Made by a program: the position numbers and the translations under genes. The notes below the pieces were generated by a model. The model did not search any database. It was not told the DNA's origin and saw only the letters and a list, made by a program, of their open reading frames with translations. Of a DNA stretch of 64,000 bases, positions 29,142 to 39,796 are shown in pieces (position 1 is the stretch's first letter; every line of letters begins with the position of its first letter). The DNA comes from Geopsychrobacteraceae bacterium (GTDB lineage Bacteria > Desulfobacterota > Desulfuromonadia > Desulfuromonadales > Geopsychrobacteraceae), in NCBI GenBank assembly GCA_963662315.1, contig OY759353.1, positions 2,688,001 through 2,752,000 of the forward strand, read 5' to 3'.

Positions 29142-29987
29142 TTACGCGTCGCCTTCCGGAGTGTCTGAATTGCGACTAGCTGACGGATTTTGTGCCTGAA
29201 GATCTTGCCAGGCCTGATCTCTTTGCTTGACCAGGGTACGAAAATCTTTATTAAGCTGCCCCAGTTTATGGTCCGCCGGAGGCAATTCGCGTTCACTCAT
29301 GCCAGCTACTGCTTGCTGAAGGTTATAGGCCAGACGCAGAATCGGCTGAAACAGGTTGACACGTAACAGAGCCGCGACGCCCCCCACCGTCAGAAACAAA
29401 ACCATAACACTAAACGCAAACATTCTGCTACGCAGTAATGAGAGAGTGTCTTCCAAGTGAGCACTGGAAATACCGATACTTAAAAACCCCAGGATAGGCT
29501 GATTTTCGGCATGAAAATGACAGGCTGCCGTTGAACACTGGGGTTCATTCAGAATCGGCATATTGACGGCGATAAAGCCATTGTCGTGATCGACATTAAA
29601 GCGGGTCTTCTCCCGCTCAGGCTGCCCCTGCCCCATCAGCGAGCGACTCCATTGATCAACTTGTGGAGCAAAGGACGGTCCGCCTGAAGGCTGTTCAAAA
29701 TCTGCATACTTTGGCTCGCCATCCTGATCATAAATTCTGATTCGCTCAACGCCTTCAAGAGTATCAACGTTGGCAAGAATATTACGCAGTGAATCCCGAT
29801 CATCCTCCATCATCGCGTAATGGGTCGATTTATATACCGTCACAACCAGGTCATCGACATGACGGACAGCTTCGGCGGTCATATCCGATTTAATGAAGGA
29901 ATAAAGCAGCAGACAGCCAAAAACAACGAACCCGGTAACCGCAATGGTTACCGGCACAATTGCCCTGGCAATAAGATTGTCGAACAT
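29142..29987 (-). CDS. Membrane-anchored periplasmic heme-sensor-domain protein without a kinase domain
   Basis: TM, periplasmic domain with CSTAACHFH, TM, short HAMP-like tail; resembles the N-half of the kinase at 35144-36757. Confidence 0.7.
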   Translation of the reverse strand: MFDNLIARAIVPVTIAVTGFVVFGCLLLYSFIKSDMTAEAVRHVDDLVVTVYKSTHYAMMEDDRDSLRNILANVDTLEGVERIRIYDQDGEPKYADFEQPSGGPSFAPQVDQWSRSLMGQGQPEREKTRFNVDHDNGFIAVNMPILNEPQCSTAACHFHAENQPILGFLSIGISSAHLEDTLSLLRSRMFAFSVMVLFLTVGGVAALLRVNLFQPILRLAYNLQQAVAGMSERELPPADHKLGQLNKDFRTLVKQRDQAWQDLQAQNPSASRNSDTPEGDA

Positions 29988-30045
29988 ACGCCCTCTCTTA
30001 ATCTGCCTCCGGCGTTCCGTGATCAGAACCCCGGAGGCAAAACAT

Positions 30046-31365
30046 TCAGGCCTGCGCCGAAGCTTCGTCCTGAGGCATCGATTTTACTGCAACCGACTGC
30101 GTAACCTTTACAGTAGCAGCCTGAGGACGCAACTGATAAAGAATTGGCAAGCGGTTAAGAATGAAACGATAAGTCGCAATGTAGATAGCGAAAATCGTGA
30201 CGCTGATAATTACTTCCAAGATATGGGGCACCTCCTGGTAAAGGTTCCAGTTGAAAGTGATTAACGCAGTATTCAGACGGTTAAGCACAATGCCCAAAAC
30301 CGTAATCAAGGCGCCCAAGCGACACAGCCCAACAAGGCGATGATGAATACCAAAAGACAAAATAATTAAGGGCAGAACAACTCCAAAACCAATTTCAAAC
30401 AACCACCAGGCCCCCCAACCGGTTGACAGATACGCCCACTCATTATCATGAGCAACAGCCAGAAACTTAATAAACAGATAAGTGATCAACCCCATAGCCG
30501 CACCTTTGGCCAGGGAGATGGTTATGCGATCAAGGTTCTTGATGAACCTGTCATCACAACGCCAACGCATGGTGTAATAAACAATGGTACTCACGGTAAT
30601 CACCATACATAAACCACCAGGAATCGATGAGGTAAAAAAATGAATCCACTGGAATGATGCTGAATACCACAACGGATGCACTTTTCCCGGCGCGTAAACA
30701 AACAGCGCTCCCAAAGCCCCCTGATGCAGGGTGGACAGGATAATGCCCGCCACTGTCAAACCAACGGTGCCTTTACGGACAAATTCGTAACCGCGTCGAA
30801 AGCCGATCCATTCAAAAAACGCTGTCGATACTTCCGCAACCTGAACCGACAGGTAGGTAGCCACATGCCAGCCGACCAGAAACAGAACTGCAGCCGGTCC
30901 CCAAGAGTATACCATGGGATATGCCAGCCGCCAGGGCTGACCCAGATCTACCAGCAGATAGACAACAGCAAAAAAGTAGCCGAGCAGACCGTTAAGTAGA
31001 GCCAGACGCTCGATTGGTTCAAAATCGTGACGTCCGAATATTTCTACTGTGGTCCCGAGCATAAAACCGGAAGCCGAAAGAGGTACCATGCAAAACAGGC
31101 CAAAACCAAGAAACAGTCCCCATGGGTAATCATAAGAACTGTGTGTCACGGCTCCCAGCCCGAATAGATAACGATAAATAATAACCGGAATACCGATGGC
31201 AAAAACAACGGCCAGCAACCAGTTAAATTTGTTACGAACAAACTGAGCCAGATATTGGTCAAGAGTCAGGCCGAGGAGCAATTTTTCCATCAGAGTCCAT
31301 TGTTTCCCATCCGGCTTTACCTCTGCGTCGTGCGGCTTAATACCGTAATTAGCAAGTCTTTTCAT
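30046..31365 (-). CDS. NrfD/PsrC/HybB-family membrane subunit (CbcU/HmcC-like)
   Basis: YPWG, DLGQPWR, LSTLHQGALG, HPLWYS and NRLN motifs. Confidence 0.88.
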   Translation of the reverse strand: MKRLANYGIKPHDAEVKPDGKQWTLMEKLLLGLTLDQYLAQFVRNKFNWLLAVVFAIGIPVIIYRYLFGLGAVTHSSYDYPWGLFLGFGLFCMVPLSASGFMLGTTVEIFGRHDFEPIERLALLNGLLGYFFAVVYLLVDLGQPWRLAYPMVYSWGPAAVLFLVGWHVATYLSVQVAEVSTAFFEWIGFRRGYEFVRKGTVGLTVAGIILSTLHQGALGALFVYAPGKVHPLWYSASFQWIHFFTSSIPGGLCMVITVSTIVYYTMRWRCDDRFIKNLDRITISLAKGAAMGLITYLFIKFLAVAHDNEWAYLSTGWGAWWLFEIGFGVVLPLIILSFGIHHRLVGLCRLGALITVLGIVLNRLNTALITFNWNLYQEVPHILEVIISVTIFAIYIATYRFILNRLPILYQLRPQAATVKVTQSVAVKSMPQDEASAQA

Positions 31366-31371
31366 AGCGCG

Positions 31372-32298
31372 TCAATCCTCCTGCCCGTGGTGATCGTCAT
31401 GGTCTTGGGACTTTTTCCCTTTAGTCGACAGTAGGTGAAAACCGGTAAATAAAGCCGGCCAGATTGACAGGACCATCGGTACGATAGCGAGAAAATCCTT
31501 AACATTATTGATAATAGGTTCTTTCGGCAGGTCACCGTTAAAGCCAACCTCTTCAAAAGGCACGGCAGACAGGTACATCCAGCCGGTACCACCGACTTCT
31601 TTCTCACCATAGACCTTATCCACGTAAGTATCGGGACTCTTGCGGATTCGTTCATGAGCGATCTTGAGCAGATCCTTACGCTTACCAAAAGTCATAACCT
31701 GCTGTGGACAACTTTCCACACATGCTGGCGGACGCCCTTCTTTCAAGCGCGTGTCATAGCAGAAAATACACTTTTTTATGACCGGGTTAAGGGCAGAGCT
31801 GTAAGTATAAGCCGGAATACTAAAGGGGCAGGCGATCATGCAGTTACGACAACCGACACAAACCTTGGAATTGTAAATGACAGCACCTTCCGGTGTTTTG
31901 GTGTAAGCATTGACAAAGCATGAGGTCAGACAAGCCGGCTCATTACAATGGTTACACTGAATCTTGCGATAAACAGGTTCACTGCCTGCCGGATCGTAAC
32001 GATTTACTACAGTATACGCCTTTTCTGTCGTGCGCCGCTTCTGACCATGATGCAGTTCATCAAATACCGAATAATCATCAAATGGCAAATCCGGAGCCGG
32101 CAAGTTCTGCTCCTGATTACAAGCAGCTTCACAGGTTCGACACCCGACACAACGCGTCAGATCAACCAGCACCCCCATGCCATCAGGAAAACCTTCAAAC
32201 GATCCGGCAGCCTGGGCTTTTTTAGCTGGGGATACCAGTACCGCAGCACCACCTGCCATACTGCCTGCCAGGAACTTTCTTCTGGATATTTTACTCAT
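31372..32298 (-). CDS. Tat-exported 4x[4Fe-4S] subunit (HybA/CbcT/HmcB-like)
   Basis: SRRKFL Tat signal; CVGCRTC, CNHCNEPAC, CVGCRNC and KCIFC; C-terminal TM. Confidence 0.9.
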   Translation of the reverse strand: MSKISRRKFLAGSMAGGAAVLVSPAKKAQAAGSFEGFPDGMGVLVDLTRCVGCRTCEAACNQEQNLPAPDLPFDDYSVFDELHHGQKRRTTEKAYTVVNRYDPAGSEPVYRKIQCNHCNEPACLTSCFVNAYTKTPEGAVIYNSKVCVGCRNCMIACPFSIPAYTYSSALNPVIKKCIFCYDTRLKEGRPPACVESCPQQVMTFGKRKDLLKIAHERIRKSPDTYVDKVYGEKEVGGTGWMYLSAVPFEEVGFNGDLPKEPIINNVKDFLAIVPMVLSIWPALFTGFHLLSTKGKKSQDHDDHHGQED

Positions 32299-32324
32299 CT
32301 GTCAATCTCCTTATGCCCAGCACG

Positions 32325-32855
32325 TTAGTTGGAGTGTGCGTCATGAGGCTGTGTCGCCGGAGCGAACTCACCAGAATGATAAAATCTGTTTCCCGCTTCG
32401 GTTTTGGCATGGCAATCCTCACAACCAAGCGGACCACCAACCTCGCGGTGGCATCCCATGCAGTTAAGATGGTAAGCAGCTTTCAGGTTGGGTTGATCAT
32501 CATGGAAAACATATTCAGACTGCATACGAAAACCACTCTGATCGGCAGCTACGGTGGGACTGGCATGGCAGTCCTGACACGCCACAACATCCATATCCTG
32601 CCCTCCTTGGTGACACTTCAGGCAGTAGCTATTCACAGGGGCGCTGCCTGTTGTATGGTGATGGCAGACTGAGCAATCCTCGGCCACATCGACATGCATG
32701 GCATGATCAAAAATGACAGGATCATAAAGATTGGCCAACACTCCCAATTCAACCTCTTCAGGAAAATCGTCCATCGCAAAACCGCTCATGGTACACAGCA
32801 GAACCATGAGAAACACCAGCGGTACTGTTAACAGTTGTATTCCGGACAGTCGCAT
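32325..32855 (-). CDS. Cytochrome c3-family periplasmic multiheme protein (5 CxxCH; CbcS-like)
   Basis: Signal peptide, FDHAMH, CSVCH, CLKCH, CQDCH, CMGCH, CEDCH. Confidence 0.88.
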   Translation of the reverse strand: MRLSGIQLLTVPLVFLMVLLCTMSGFAMDDFPEEVELGVLANLYDPVIFDHAMHVDVAEDCSVCHHHTTGSAPVNSYCLKCHQGGQDMDVVACQDCHASPTVAADQSGFRMQSEYVFHDDQPNLKAAYHLNCMGCHREVGGPLGCEDCHAKTEAGNRFYHSGEFAPATQPHDAHSN

Positions 32856-33096
32856 CGTTGTCTCCTCAATAACAAATCAGCACTTTGGCAGATACCGGTA
32901 TTTCAACACTTTTTTACTCTTATTTACTCGTCTTCATTGGAATGGATATAGCGATAAAAAATTGGGAAAAGCGTAAAGAGCAATAAACAGAGCAGATATT
33001 CCAGACCTTTGATATAAGTGTAGAAATCAACGACGGTGTAAATCTGTTCCACCTGCCCAACGTTCAAGAAAAAATCGAGCATCACATCACCTCACG

Positions 33097-33127
33097 AAAA
33101 AAGCGACTACCACGCTGCTGGTAATCG
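33097..33127 (-). terminator. Terminator-like hairpin inside the leader of the cytochrome operon
   Basis: Minus strand cgattacca-gcagcg-tggtagtcg-c-tttttt. Confidence 0.55.
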
Positions 33128-33201
33128 ACGTGTAAAGTCTCCCTGGCAAGCTCCGATGGCCGATCAGCAACTGCCAAACCAGGACGGGTACCGTTCTTTT
33201 G

Positions 33202-33217
33202 TGCAGAGAGTATGCCA
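33202..33217 (-). promoter_or_regulatory. Sigma54 (-24/-12) promoter
   Basis: Reverse complement TGGCATACTCTCTGCA (GG-N10-GC); adjacent to a divergent sigma54 activator gene. Confidence 0.65.
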
Positions 33218-33741
33218 TTTCTTGAATATTTAAAAAGAGAGTCCTAAATTGCCAGGATTGAGCCTTTTTCGGGCAATACAGGACGCAATGCCAACAGAGA
33301 AAAAGATTCGGGCTGTGTATGATAAAAAAATACAGTTCTATAGGCGTATATAAGAAAAATACCCTGAATAAATTTTCTATCCTGCTAATATTACATTTAA
33401 AACATATGGAAACAGGAAGAAGTGTCGGGCGTACAAAAAAAATATTGCCATGAACCAAGTATTGAATATTTATTTCATACAATCGCAATATTCCTACGTT
33501 GCAATTTCCATATAATAAACAAACCCCGGAAGATGAGATCGTGATAAGATGATGCAAGGCCCGTCATTGCTTGCAGCAAGACCTTGACGCAAGCTATATC
33601 CACCTTTACTATGAAATCGGCCTGAATTTTGCTTAATATTTGCCTGCCCAGTCCTGCTTTCGCTCTTTTATAGTTACTAATTATGCAATTTCTTTCGCAG
33701 TTGAGAGCCCCAAGCGGAACTAACTCAAAGAGAAGCAGATT

Positions 33742-35163
33742 ATGAGTGATACAGCCAGCCATAAAATTCTTGTTATCGATGATGAAGCCGTTATCAGGGA
33801 AGGGCTGCGTCAAAGCCTGGCTCTTGAAGGATATCAGGTTGATGTTGCAGCCAACGGTAAAATCGGCATGGACAAGCTGCAGAAAAGCGAATTCAGTGTT
33901 GTCATCAGCGACCTAAAAATGCCTATCATGAGCGGTATTGATGTGCTCAAAACCATCCAGGTGCTGCAGCCCGACGTCCCGGTCATCATTATCACCGGCT
34001 TTGCAACCGTTGATTCAGCTGTCGATGCGATGAAAAACGGGGCTTTTGAATACCTGACCAAGCCCTTCCTGCCCGATCAGATTATTGAAAAAGTTGAAGC
34101 TGCCATAAAAAAACGGATTCTCAATCTGGAAGTAGCACAGATTCACTCCCCCTATAGCGAAACATTGCTATCCGATTCGTTCATTGGCAAAAGCCCTGCC
34201 ATGCAAAAAGTTTTTCGCCGTATCCTGCAGGTTGCCCCCACCAACAGTACGGTCCTTATTAGCGGCGAAAGTGGGACCGGCAAAGAATTGGTCGCCAGAG
34301 CCATTCACCAGCACAGTCCCCGCAAAGACCAGTCTTTTGTCGCCGTCGACTGTAACTCGCTTCCTGAAAACCTGCTCGAAAGTGAACTCTTCGGTCACGT
34401 AAAGGGCTCCTTCACTGGCGCAACCCAATCAAAACCCGGGCTCTTTATGGTCGCCAGTGGCGGCACCCTCTTTCTCGATGAAATCGCCAATTTGAGCATG
34501 GCAACCCAGGCCAAACTATTGCGGGTCCTGCAGCAACGGGAGGTCACCCCCATTGGCGGAACCAAAACAACGCCAATCGATATCCGCCTGATTGCCGCCA
34601 CCAATCGCAGTCTTGAAAAAATGGTTGCCGATGGGGACTTTCGGGATGACCTCTATTTTCGTCTGAATATCATTCCTATCGAGCTCCCCCCTCTGCGCGA
34701 CCGCAGTGGCGATGTTCCTTTGTTGATTGGCTATTTTCTTAAAAAGTTTTCCGAAGAAATTGGCAAAGAGATCAAAGGACTGTCAGCAGATGCTCATATG
34801 GCGCTGCATGACTATACATTTCCCGGTAATGTTCGCGAGCTGGAAAATATTATTGAACGTGCCGTAGTCCTTAGCCAGGGGGACCTGATTCAAAGCGACT
34901 GCCTTGAGCTGCCGGTCTATCACAGGGAAGAACCCGCTGCGGCGGAAATCGCCGCACCACTGAACTCTGAAGAGTTGAAGGAAATCAAACGCAAAGTACG
35001 CGAACAAGCTGTCGAACCGATTGAAAAAGCTTTTGTTTATGCAGCTCTGGAACGTAATGACTGGAATGTTACCAAAGCGGCCGAAGAAACCGGTATGCTC
35101 AGGCCTAATTTTCAGGCGTTACTGAAAAAGCTCGGCATCTCGGTCAAGGACCATCTTCCTTAG
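33742..35163 (+). CDS. Sigma54-dependent response regulator (NtrC family)
   Basis: REC domain, GESGTGKE, GSFTGA variant of GAFTGA, C-terminal HTH. Confidence 0.93.
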   Translation: MSDTASHKILVIDDEAVIREGLRQSLALEGYQVDVAANGKIGMDKLQKSEFSVVISDLKMPIMSGIDVLKTIQVLQPDVPVIIITGFATVDSAVDAMKNGAFEYLTKPFLPDQIIEKVEAAIKKRILNLEVAQIHSPYSETLLSDSFIGKSPAMQKVFRRILQVAPTNSTVLISGESGTGKELVARAIHQHSPRKDQSFVAVDCNSLPENLLESELFGHVKGSFTGATQSKPGLFMVASGGTLFLDEIANLSMATQAKLLRVLQQREVTPIGGTKTTPIDIRLIAATNRSLEKMVADGDFRDDLYFRLNIIPIELPPLRDRSGDVPLLIGYFLKKFSEEIGKEIKGLSADAHMALHDYTFPGNVRELENIIERAVVLSQGDLIQSDCLELPVYHREEPAAAEIAAPLNSEELKEIKRKVREQAVEPIEKAFVYAALERNDWNVTKAAEETGMLRPNFQALLKKLGISVKDHLP

Positions 35164-36757
35164 CCTTCCCCAGGGAATCCTTATCCGGAAAAGCATCCCC
35201 TTCCATGATCGGCAGATAGATCGTGAAGTGCGTCCACTCTCCTTCTTCACTTTCAACATCAATACGCCCACCGTGGTTACGGATAATTCCGTAAGTTACC
35301 GACAACCCCAGACCGGTCCCCTTACCCGACTTGGTCGAGAAAAAAGGATCGAAAATACTCCCGATAAGTTCTTTACTGATCCCCAGTCCGGTGTCCTCAA
35401 CTTTAATGACAACACAACGCCCGTCATCACACAGAAATGTCGATATCGTCAGCAGACCACCGTGAGGCATGGCCTGCCCGGCATTAATGAATATGTTAAA
35501 AAACACCTGCTGAAACTGGTCAGCATCGATGGATAAATCTGGCAACCCTGGGTTGAGTTTACATTCGATCTGAATATCCTGGAAAATTGTCTGCTGCGAT
35601 ACCAGATCCAGTGTATGCCGAATAACCTTATTAATTGATTCAGGTTTCTTCTCAGGAATCGACTCACGGGCAAATTCAAGTAACCCACGCACAATCTTTG
35701 CACAACGCCCGGTCTCTGAAACAATTATTTCAAGATTCTCTTTCACCTGGCCCGGCAGCTTATCACTCTTTGCCGACAATCCCGCAAACATGAGAATCCC
35801 CGTCAACGGATTATTGATTTCATGGGCAATACCGGCGACCAGTTCTCCCATGGAAGCAAGTTTGGCTGAACGCAGCAATTGGTCCTGCATGGCATGAATT
35901 TCTTCGGTACGCTCTTCGACCTTATGTTCCAGCGTATTCCCCCATTCTTTCAACTCCAGTTGAGCCTGAGCGAGGTTGTCCGCCATGGTATTAAATGAGC
36001 GTCCTAAGCGACCAATCTCATCGGTGCCGGGATTGCCGACCCGCGCCTTCAGATCCCCCTGAGCCAGGGCCTGTGTCTGTTCGAGAATCCCCTGAAGGGG
36101 ATTGCAGATATAAAATCGGGTCAGCAGGTAATGACACAAAGACAGAAGAAGCAGCATGACAAAAGTCGAAATAATAACATCCGTATGGTGGGAATGAGCC
36201 AGCTGAACCATCGTCTCAAGGGAAACCGCGATATCCAGAACCCCTATTTTCTGTTCCTCCTGCGCATGAAAGTGGCACGCAGCGGTATAGCAGTTTGGAT
36301 CGTTATAGATTGCCCGCGTCATATTCAAATATTGATGCCCGTCCGCGTCACTAAAAGTGCGACTGCGTGTTTCAATCGGAGCATCCAGAAGAACCTTGCT
36401 GCCAGGAACATGACAAAAAGCACAACTGTCCGCAGTTTCAGTCAACACCGTGCCAATTTCATTGGCGTTGCTGGAAAAACTTATCACCCCTTCTCGCCCA
36501 AGGATTCTGATTCGTGAGATGCGGTGGGACTTGGCCGTTTCCACCATAGTCAGCTGCAACTGCTTACGATCATTTTCCAGCATCATGTGGTAGGTATCAC
36601 GCTGGAACATCTCGAGCAGAATATCTGTATCCGCCTTCGCTTCTTCTAGAAATACATTCTGTACTTTAGTGATATGCAGAAAAGCTGATGCCGACATGAC
36701 AATAAGCAACACGATACTGGAGATGACCGTATATCTGATGGCAAGATTAATACGCAT
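35144..36757 (-). CDS. Sensor histidine kinase with periplasmic heme-binding domain
   Basis: CAFCH and CYTAACHFH, HAMP, AHEINNP, GTGLGL; overlaps the convergent regulator by 20 bp. Confidence 0.92.
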   Translation of the reverse strand: MRINLAIRYTVISSIVLLIVMSASAFLHITKVQNVFLEEAKADTDILLEMFQRDTYHMMLENDRKQLQLTMVETAKSHRISRIRILGREGVISFSSNANEIGTVLTETADSCAFCHVPGSKVLLDAPIETRSRTFSDADGHQYLNMTRAIYNDPNCYTAACHFHAQEEQKIGVLDIAVSLETMVQLAHSHHTDVIISTFVMLLLLSLCHYLLTRFYICNPLQGILEQTQALAQGDLKARVGNPGTDEIGRLGRSFNTMADNLAQAQLELKEWGNTLEHKVEERTEEIHAMQDQLLRSAKLASMGELVAGIAHEINNPLTGILMFAGLSAKSDKLPGQVKENLEIIVSETGRCAKIVRGLLEFARESIPEKKPESINKVIRHTLDLVSQQTIFQDIQIECKLNPGLPDLSIDADQFQQVFFNIFINAGQAMPHGGLLTISTFLCDDGRCVVIKVEDTGLGISKELIGSIFDPFFSTKSGKGTGLGLSVTYGIIRNHGGRIDVESEEGEWTHFTIYLPIMEGDAFPDKDSLGKAKEDGP

Positions 36758-36999
36758 AAAGCACCCTTTAGCCCTGTTGACTTCATCTGGTGATCAGGAT
36801 CCGCAATATTTGGCAGCGCACCATTATTGCCTCACTTTACTTTTGTCATTCATACTATACATTGATTATGCCAATTCATTGAGCGGTCAAAAGATTTCAG
36901 CCGCCATGAGGTCGTCATTGCCTTTTCAGCGCTCCTGAAGTATAAAACCCCCTGACCTACAGCGCATTCGAGTCTTCACCCGGACAGGACGGTTTTGCC

Positions 37000-38841
37000 A
37001 TGGGATATCACACACTGCGACAGGCCATTGACGATCTCGAACAGAGTGGCCAGCTGATCAGAATTGAACAACCCATCGACCCCAATCTTCTGGCAGGCGC
37101 AATCCAGCGCCGGGTCTACCAAAACCAGGGGCCGGCTATACTGTTTTCCAACGTGACCGGCAGCAAATTTCCAGCGGTTGCCAACCTGTTCGGCACCTTG
37201 GAGCGCACGCGTTACCTGTTCAGAGATACCCTGCGCCAGGTTGAAACCCTGGTCAACTTAAAGCTCGACCCAAAAACCCTGCTCAGCGCACCCGGATCTC
37301 TGTTGTCAGCACCACTGGCCGCCTGGCACCTGTTGCCCAAGAAAATCAAGAGCGGCCCGATTTTAAGCCATCAGACCAGTATCAGTGAACTGCCACAAAT
37401 TAAAAGCTGGCCGGATGATGGCGGCCCCTTTGTCACGTTGCCCCAGGTGTATAGCGAAAGTATTCTTAAACCGGGAATCCGTTCTTCCAACCTGGGGATG
37501 TATCGTGTTCAGCTGGCAGGCAACAACTACATACCTGACCGCGAAATCGGTCTTCATTACCAGATTCATCGAGGTATAGGCCTGCATCACCAGCAGGCAT
37601 TACAACAGGATAAGCCATTCCGGGTAAATATTTTTGTCGGCGGTCCACCCAGCATGACCGTCGCCGCAGTCATGCCGCTACCGGAAGGCATGCCGGAGCT
37701 GGCCTTTGCCGGACTACTCGGGGGGCATCGTATTCCCATGGTTCAGTATGATAAATATCTGCCGATGCCAGCCGAAGCAGACTTTGTCATCTGCGGAACC
37801 ATCGACCCCAGGCAGCAAAAGCCGGAGGGCCCGTTTGGCGATCACCTTGGCTACTACAGCCTGGTCCATGATTTCCCGCTGATTCGCGTTGAACGCGTCT
37901 ATCATCGCCCCGATGCTATCTGGCCCTTTACCACCGTTGGTCGCCCCCCCCAGGAAGATACCAGCTTTGGTGCCTTTATTCATGAACTAACCGGAGCCCT
38001 GATTCCTGAAGTTCTGCCCGGTATCAAAGCAGTTCATGCCGTTGACGCCGCCGGGGTCCATCCATTGCTGCTGGCCATAGGCAGTGAACGCTACACACCC
38101 TATAACAAACGCGAACGGCCCCAGGAACTGCTTACCCAGGCCAATGCCATTTTAGGTCAGGGGCAACTGTCCTTGGCCAAATATCTGTTTATCGCTGCCG
38201 AAGAGGATGATCCCTCCCTCGATATTCATAATATCAAAGCCTTCTTTAAACATATCCTGACCCGCGCAGACTGGTGCCGCGACCTGCATTTTCAGACCAG
38301 TACCACCATCGATACCCTCGACTATAGCGGTCATGGCCTGAACCAGGGGTCCAAGGTAGTCATTGCTGCGGTCGGCCCGAAGCGCTTTAAACTTCCCGAC
38401 ACGATCACTTCCGATCTGAAACTGCCCCGAGGATTCAGTCACCCGCGCATTGCCATGCCCGGGATTTTGCTGATCGAGGGCCCGGCCTGCCAGACCTACT
38501 TGCCGGGAGAAGATCGCGACCTGATCAAATTTTGCAAAAAATTTGATCGCACGGCCCCTATCAATAGCTTCCCGTTAATTGTTATTGTTGATGATAGCAG
38601 CTTCTGTGCAGCCACGTTGAACAATTGGCTCTGGACTGTATTCACCCGCTCCAATCCGGCTGCCGATATTTATGGTATCGACAGTTTTACCTCTGCAAAA
38701 CACTGGGGCTGCCATGGCTCGCTAATTATCGACGCCCGTAGCAAACCTCACCATGCTCCGGCGTTGATTGATGATCCCGATATCGAAAAACAGGTGGACC
38801 AGCTCGCAGTCAAAGGCGGTCCATTACATGGCATCATATAA
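37000..38841 (+). CDS. UbiD-family decarboxylase, long form (613 aa)
   Basis: NLGMYR, EGPFGDHLGYY, VGRPPQED. Confidence 0.88.
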   Translation: MGYHTLRQAIDDLEQSGQLIRIEQPIDPNLLAGAIQRRVYQNQGPAILFSNVTGSKFPAVANLFGTLERTRYLFRDTLRQVETLVNLKLDPKTLLSAPGSLLSAPLAAWHLLPKKIKSGPILSHQTSISELPQIKSWPDDGGPFVTLPQVYSESILKPGIRSSNLGMYRVQLAGNNYIPDREIGLHYQIHRGIGLHHQQALQQDKPFRVNIFVGGPPSMTVAAVMPLPEGMPELAFAGLLGGHRIPMVQYDKYLPMPAEADFVICGTIDPRQQKPEGPFGDHLGYYSLVHDFPLIRVERVYHRPDAIWPFTTVGRPPQEDTSFGAFIHELTGALIPEVLPGIKAVHAVDAAGVHPLLLAIGSERYTPYNKRERPQELLTQANAILGQGQLSLAKYLFIAAEEDDPSLDIHNIKAFFKHILTRADWCRDLHFQTSTTIDTLDYSGHGLNQGSKVVIAAVGPKRFKLPDTITSDLKLPRGFSHPRIAMPGILLIEGPACQTYLPGEDRDLIKFCKKFDRTAPINSFPLIVIVDDSSFCAATLNNWLWTVFTRSNPAADIYGIDSFTSAKHWGCHGSLIIDARSKPHHAPALIDDPDIEKQVDQLAVKGGPLHGII

Positions 38842-38854
38842 ATGGAGTCAGTAA

Positions 38855-39796
38855 ATGTTAAAAACTCAGCCTATTAACATATTTATACCGTCACTTATCC
38901 AGGCGATTGGCAATACTCCCCTGGTTGACATATCGATTCTAGTCAACAAACCCGGGGTACGGCTGTTGGCCAAGCTTGAAGGGAGTAATCCGGGGGGGTC
39001 AGTCAAAGATCGCCCGGCCCTGTACATGATTGAAAAAGCGGAAGAAAGTGGTGAGCTGACGAGGGATAAAGTTATTCTGGAGCCAACCAGCGGCAATACC
39101 GGTATCGCCATTGCTATGATCGGTGCCGCCAAGGGCTACAAGGTCAAACTGGTCATGCCGGCCTGCGTCAGTACCGAGCGGCGTGGCATTCTTGAGGCCT
39201 ACGGCGCTGAAACGGTGCTATCGCCCGGTTGCCAGATGACCGATGGTGCCATTAACCTGGCTCACAAAATACTTGCAAAAGATCCTGACCGCTACTATAT
39301 GCCCAACCAGTACAGTAACCCCAACAACCCGCTGGCTCATTACGAAACAACCGGTCCGGAACTCATGGCCCAGAGCAACGGTGACATCGATTATTTTGTC
39401 GCTGGCATGGGAACCTCGGGGACATTGATGGGAATGTGCCGTTATTTTGCGGACCATGCCCCGGCTGTCAAGGTGATCGGTGTTGAGCCTGGCCTCGGCC
39501 ATAAAATCCAGGGGCTTAAAAACATGCAGGAAGCGATTGTCCCAGCAATTTACGACGAATCACTGCTGTCTGAGAAAATACTGATTGGTGATGAGATCGC
39601 TTACGAAACAACCAGGCAGCTGGCGTTGAAAATGGGGCTTTTTGCTGGCATGTCCAGCGGTGCTGCGGTTGCCGGAGCTCTGCAAATAGCTGAAAATATT
39701 GACCAGGGTACGATTGTCGCGTTACTACCGGACCGCGGAGACCGCTATCTGAGTACCAATCTGTTCCGCTCTGCCTGCGCCGAATGTCCGCCATGA
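38855..39796 (+). CDS. cysM: PLP-dependent cysteine synthase (CysM-like)
   Basis: NPGGSVKDR, TSGNTG, GTSGT, PDRGDRYLS. Confidence 0.85.
   Translation: MLKTQPINIFIPSLIQAIGNTPLVDISILVNKPGVRLLAKLEGSNPGGSVKDRPALYMIEKAEESGELTRDKVILEPTSGNTGIAIAMIGAAKGYKVKLVMPACVSTERRGILEAYGAETVLSPGCQMTDGAINLAHKILAKDPDRYYMPNQYSNPNNPLAHYETTGPELMAQSNGDIDYFVAGMGTSGTLMGMCRYFADHAPAVKVIGVEPGLGHKIQGLKNMQEAIVPAIYDESLLSEKILIGDEIAYETTRQLALKMGLFAGMSSGAAVAGALQIAENIDQGTIVALLPDRGDRYLSTNLFRSACAECPP

Noticed and set aside
33087..33813. 156-aa and 112-aa minus-strand ORFs in the AT-rich intergenic region
   Set aside because: Composition is not protein-like, and they overlap a sigma54 promoter, a terminator and the regulator start.
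36857..36873. Possible sigma54 site upstream of the sensor kinase (TGGCATAATCAATGTA)
   Set aside because: The -12 dinucleotide is GT rather than GC; too weak to call.
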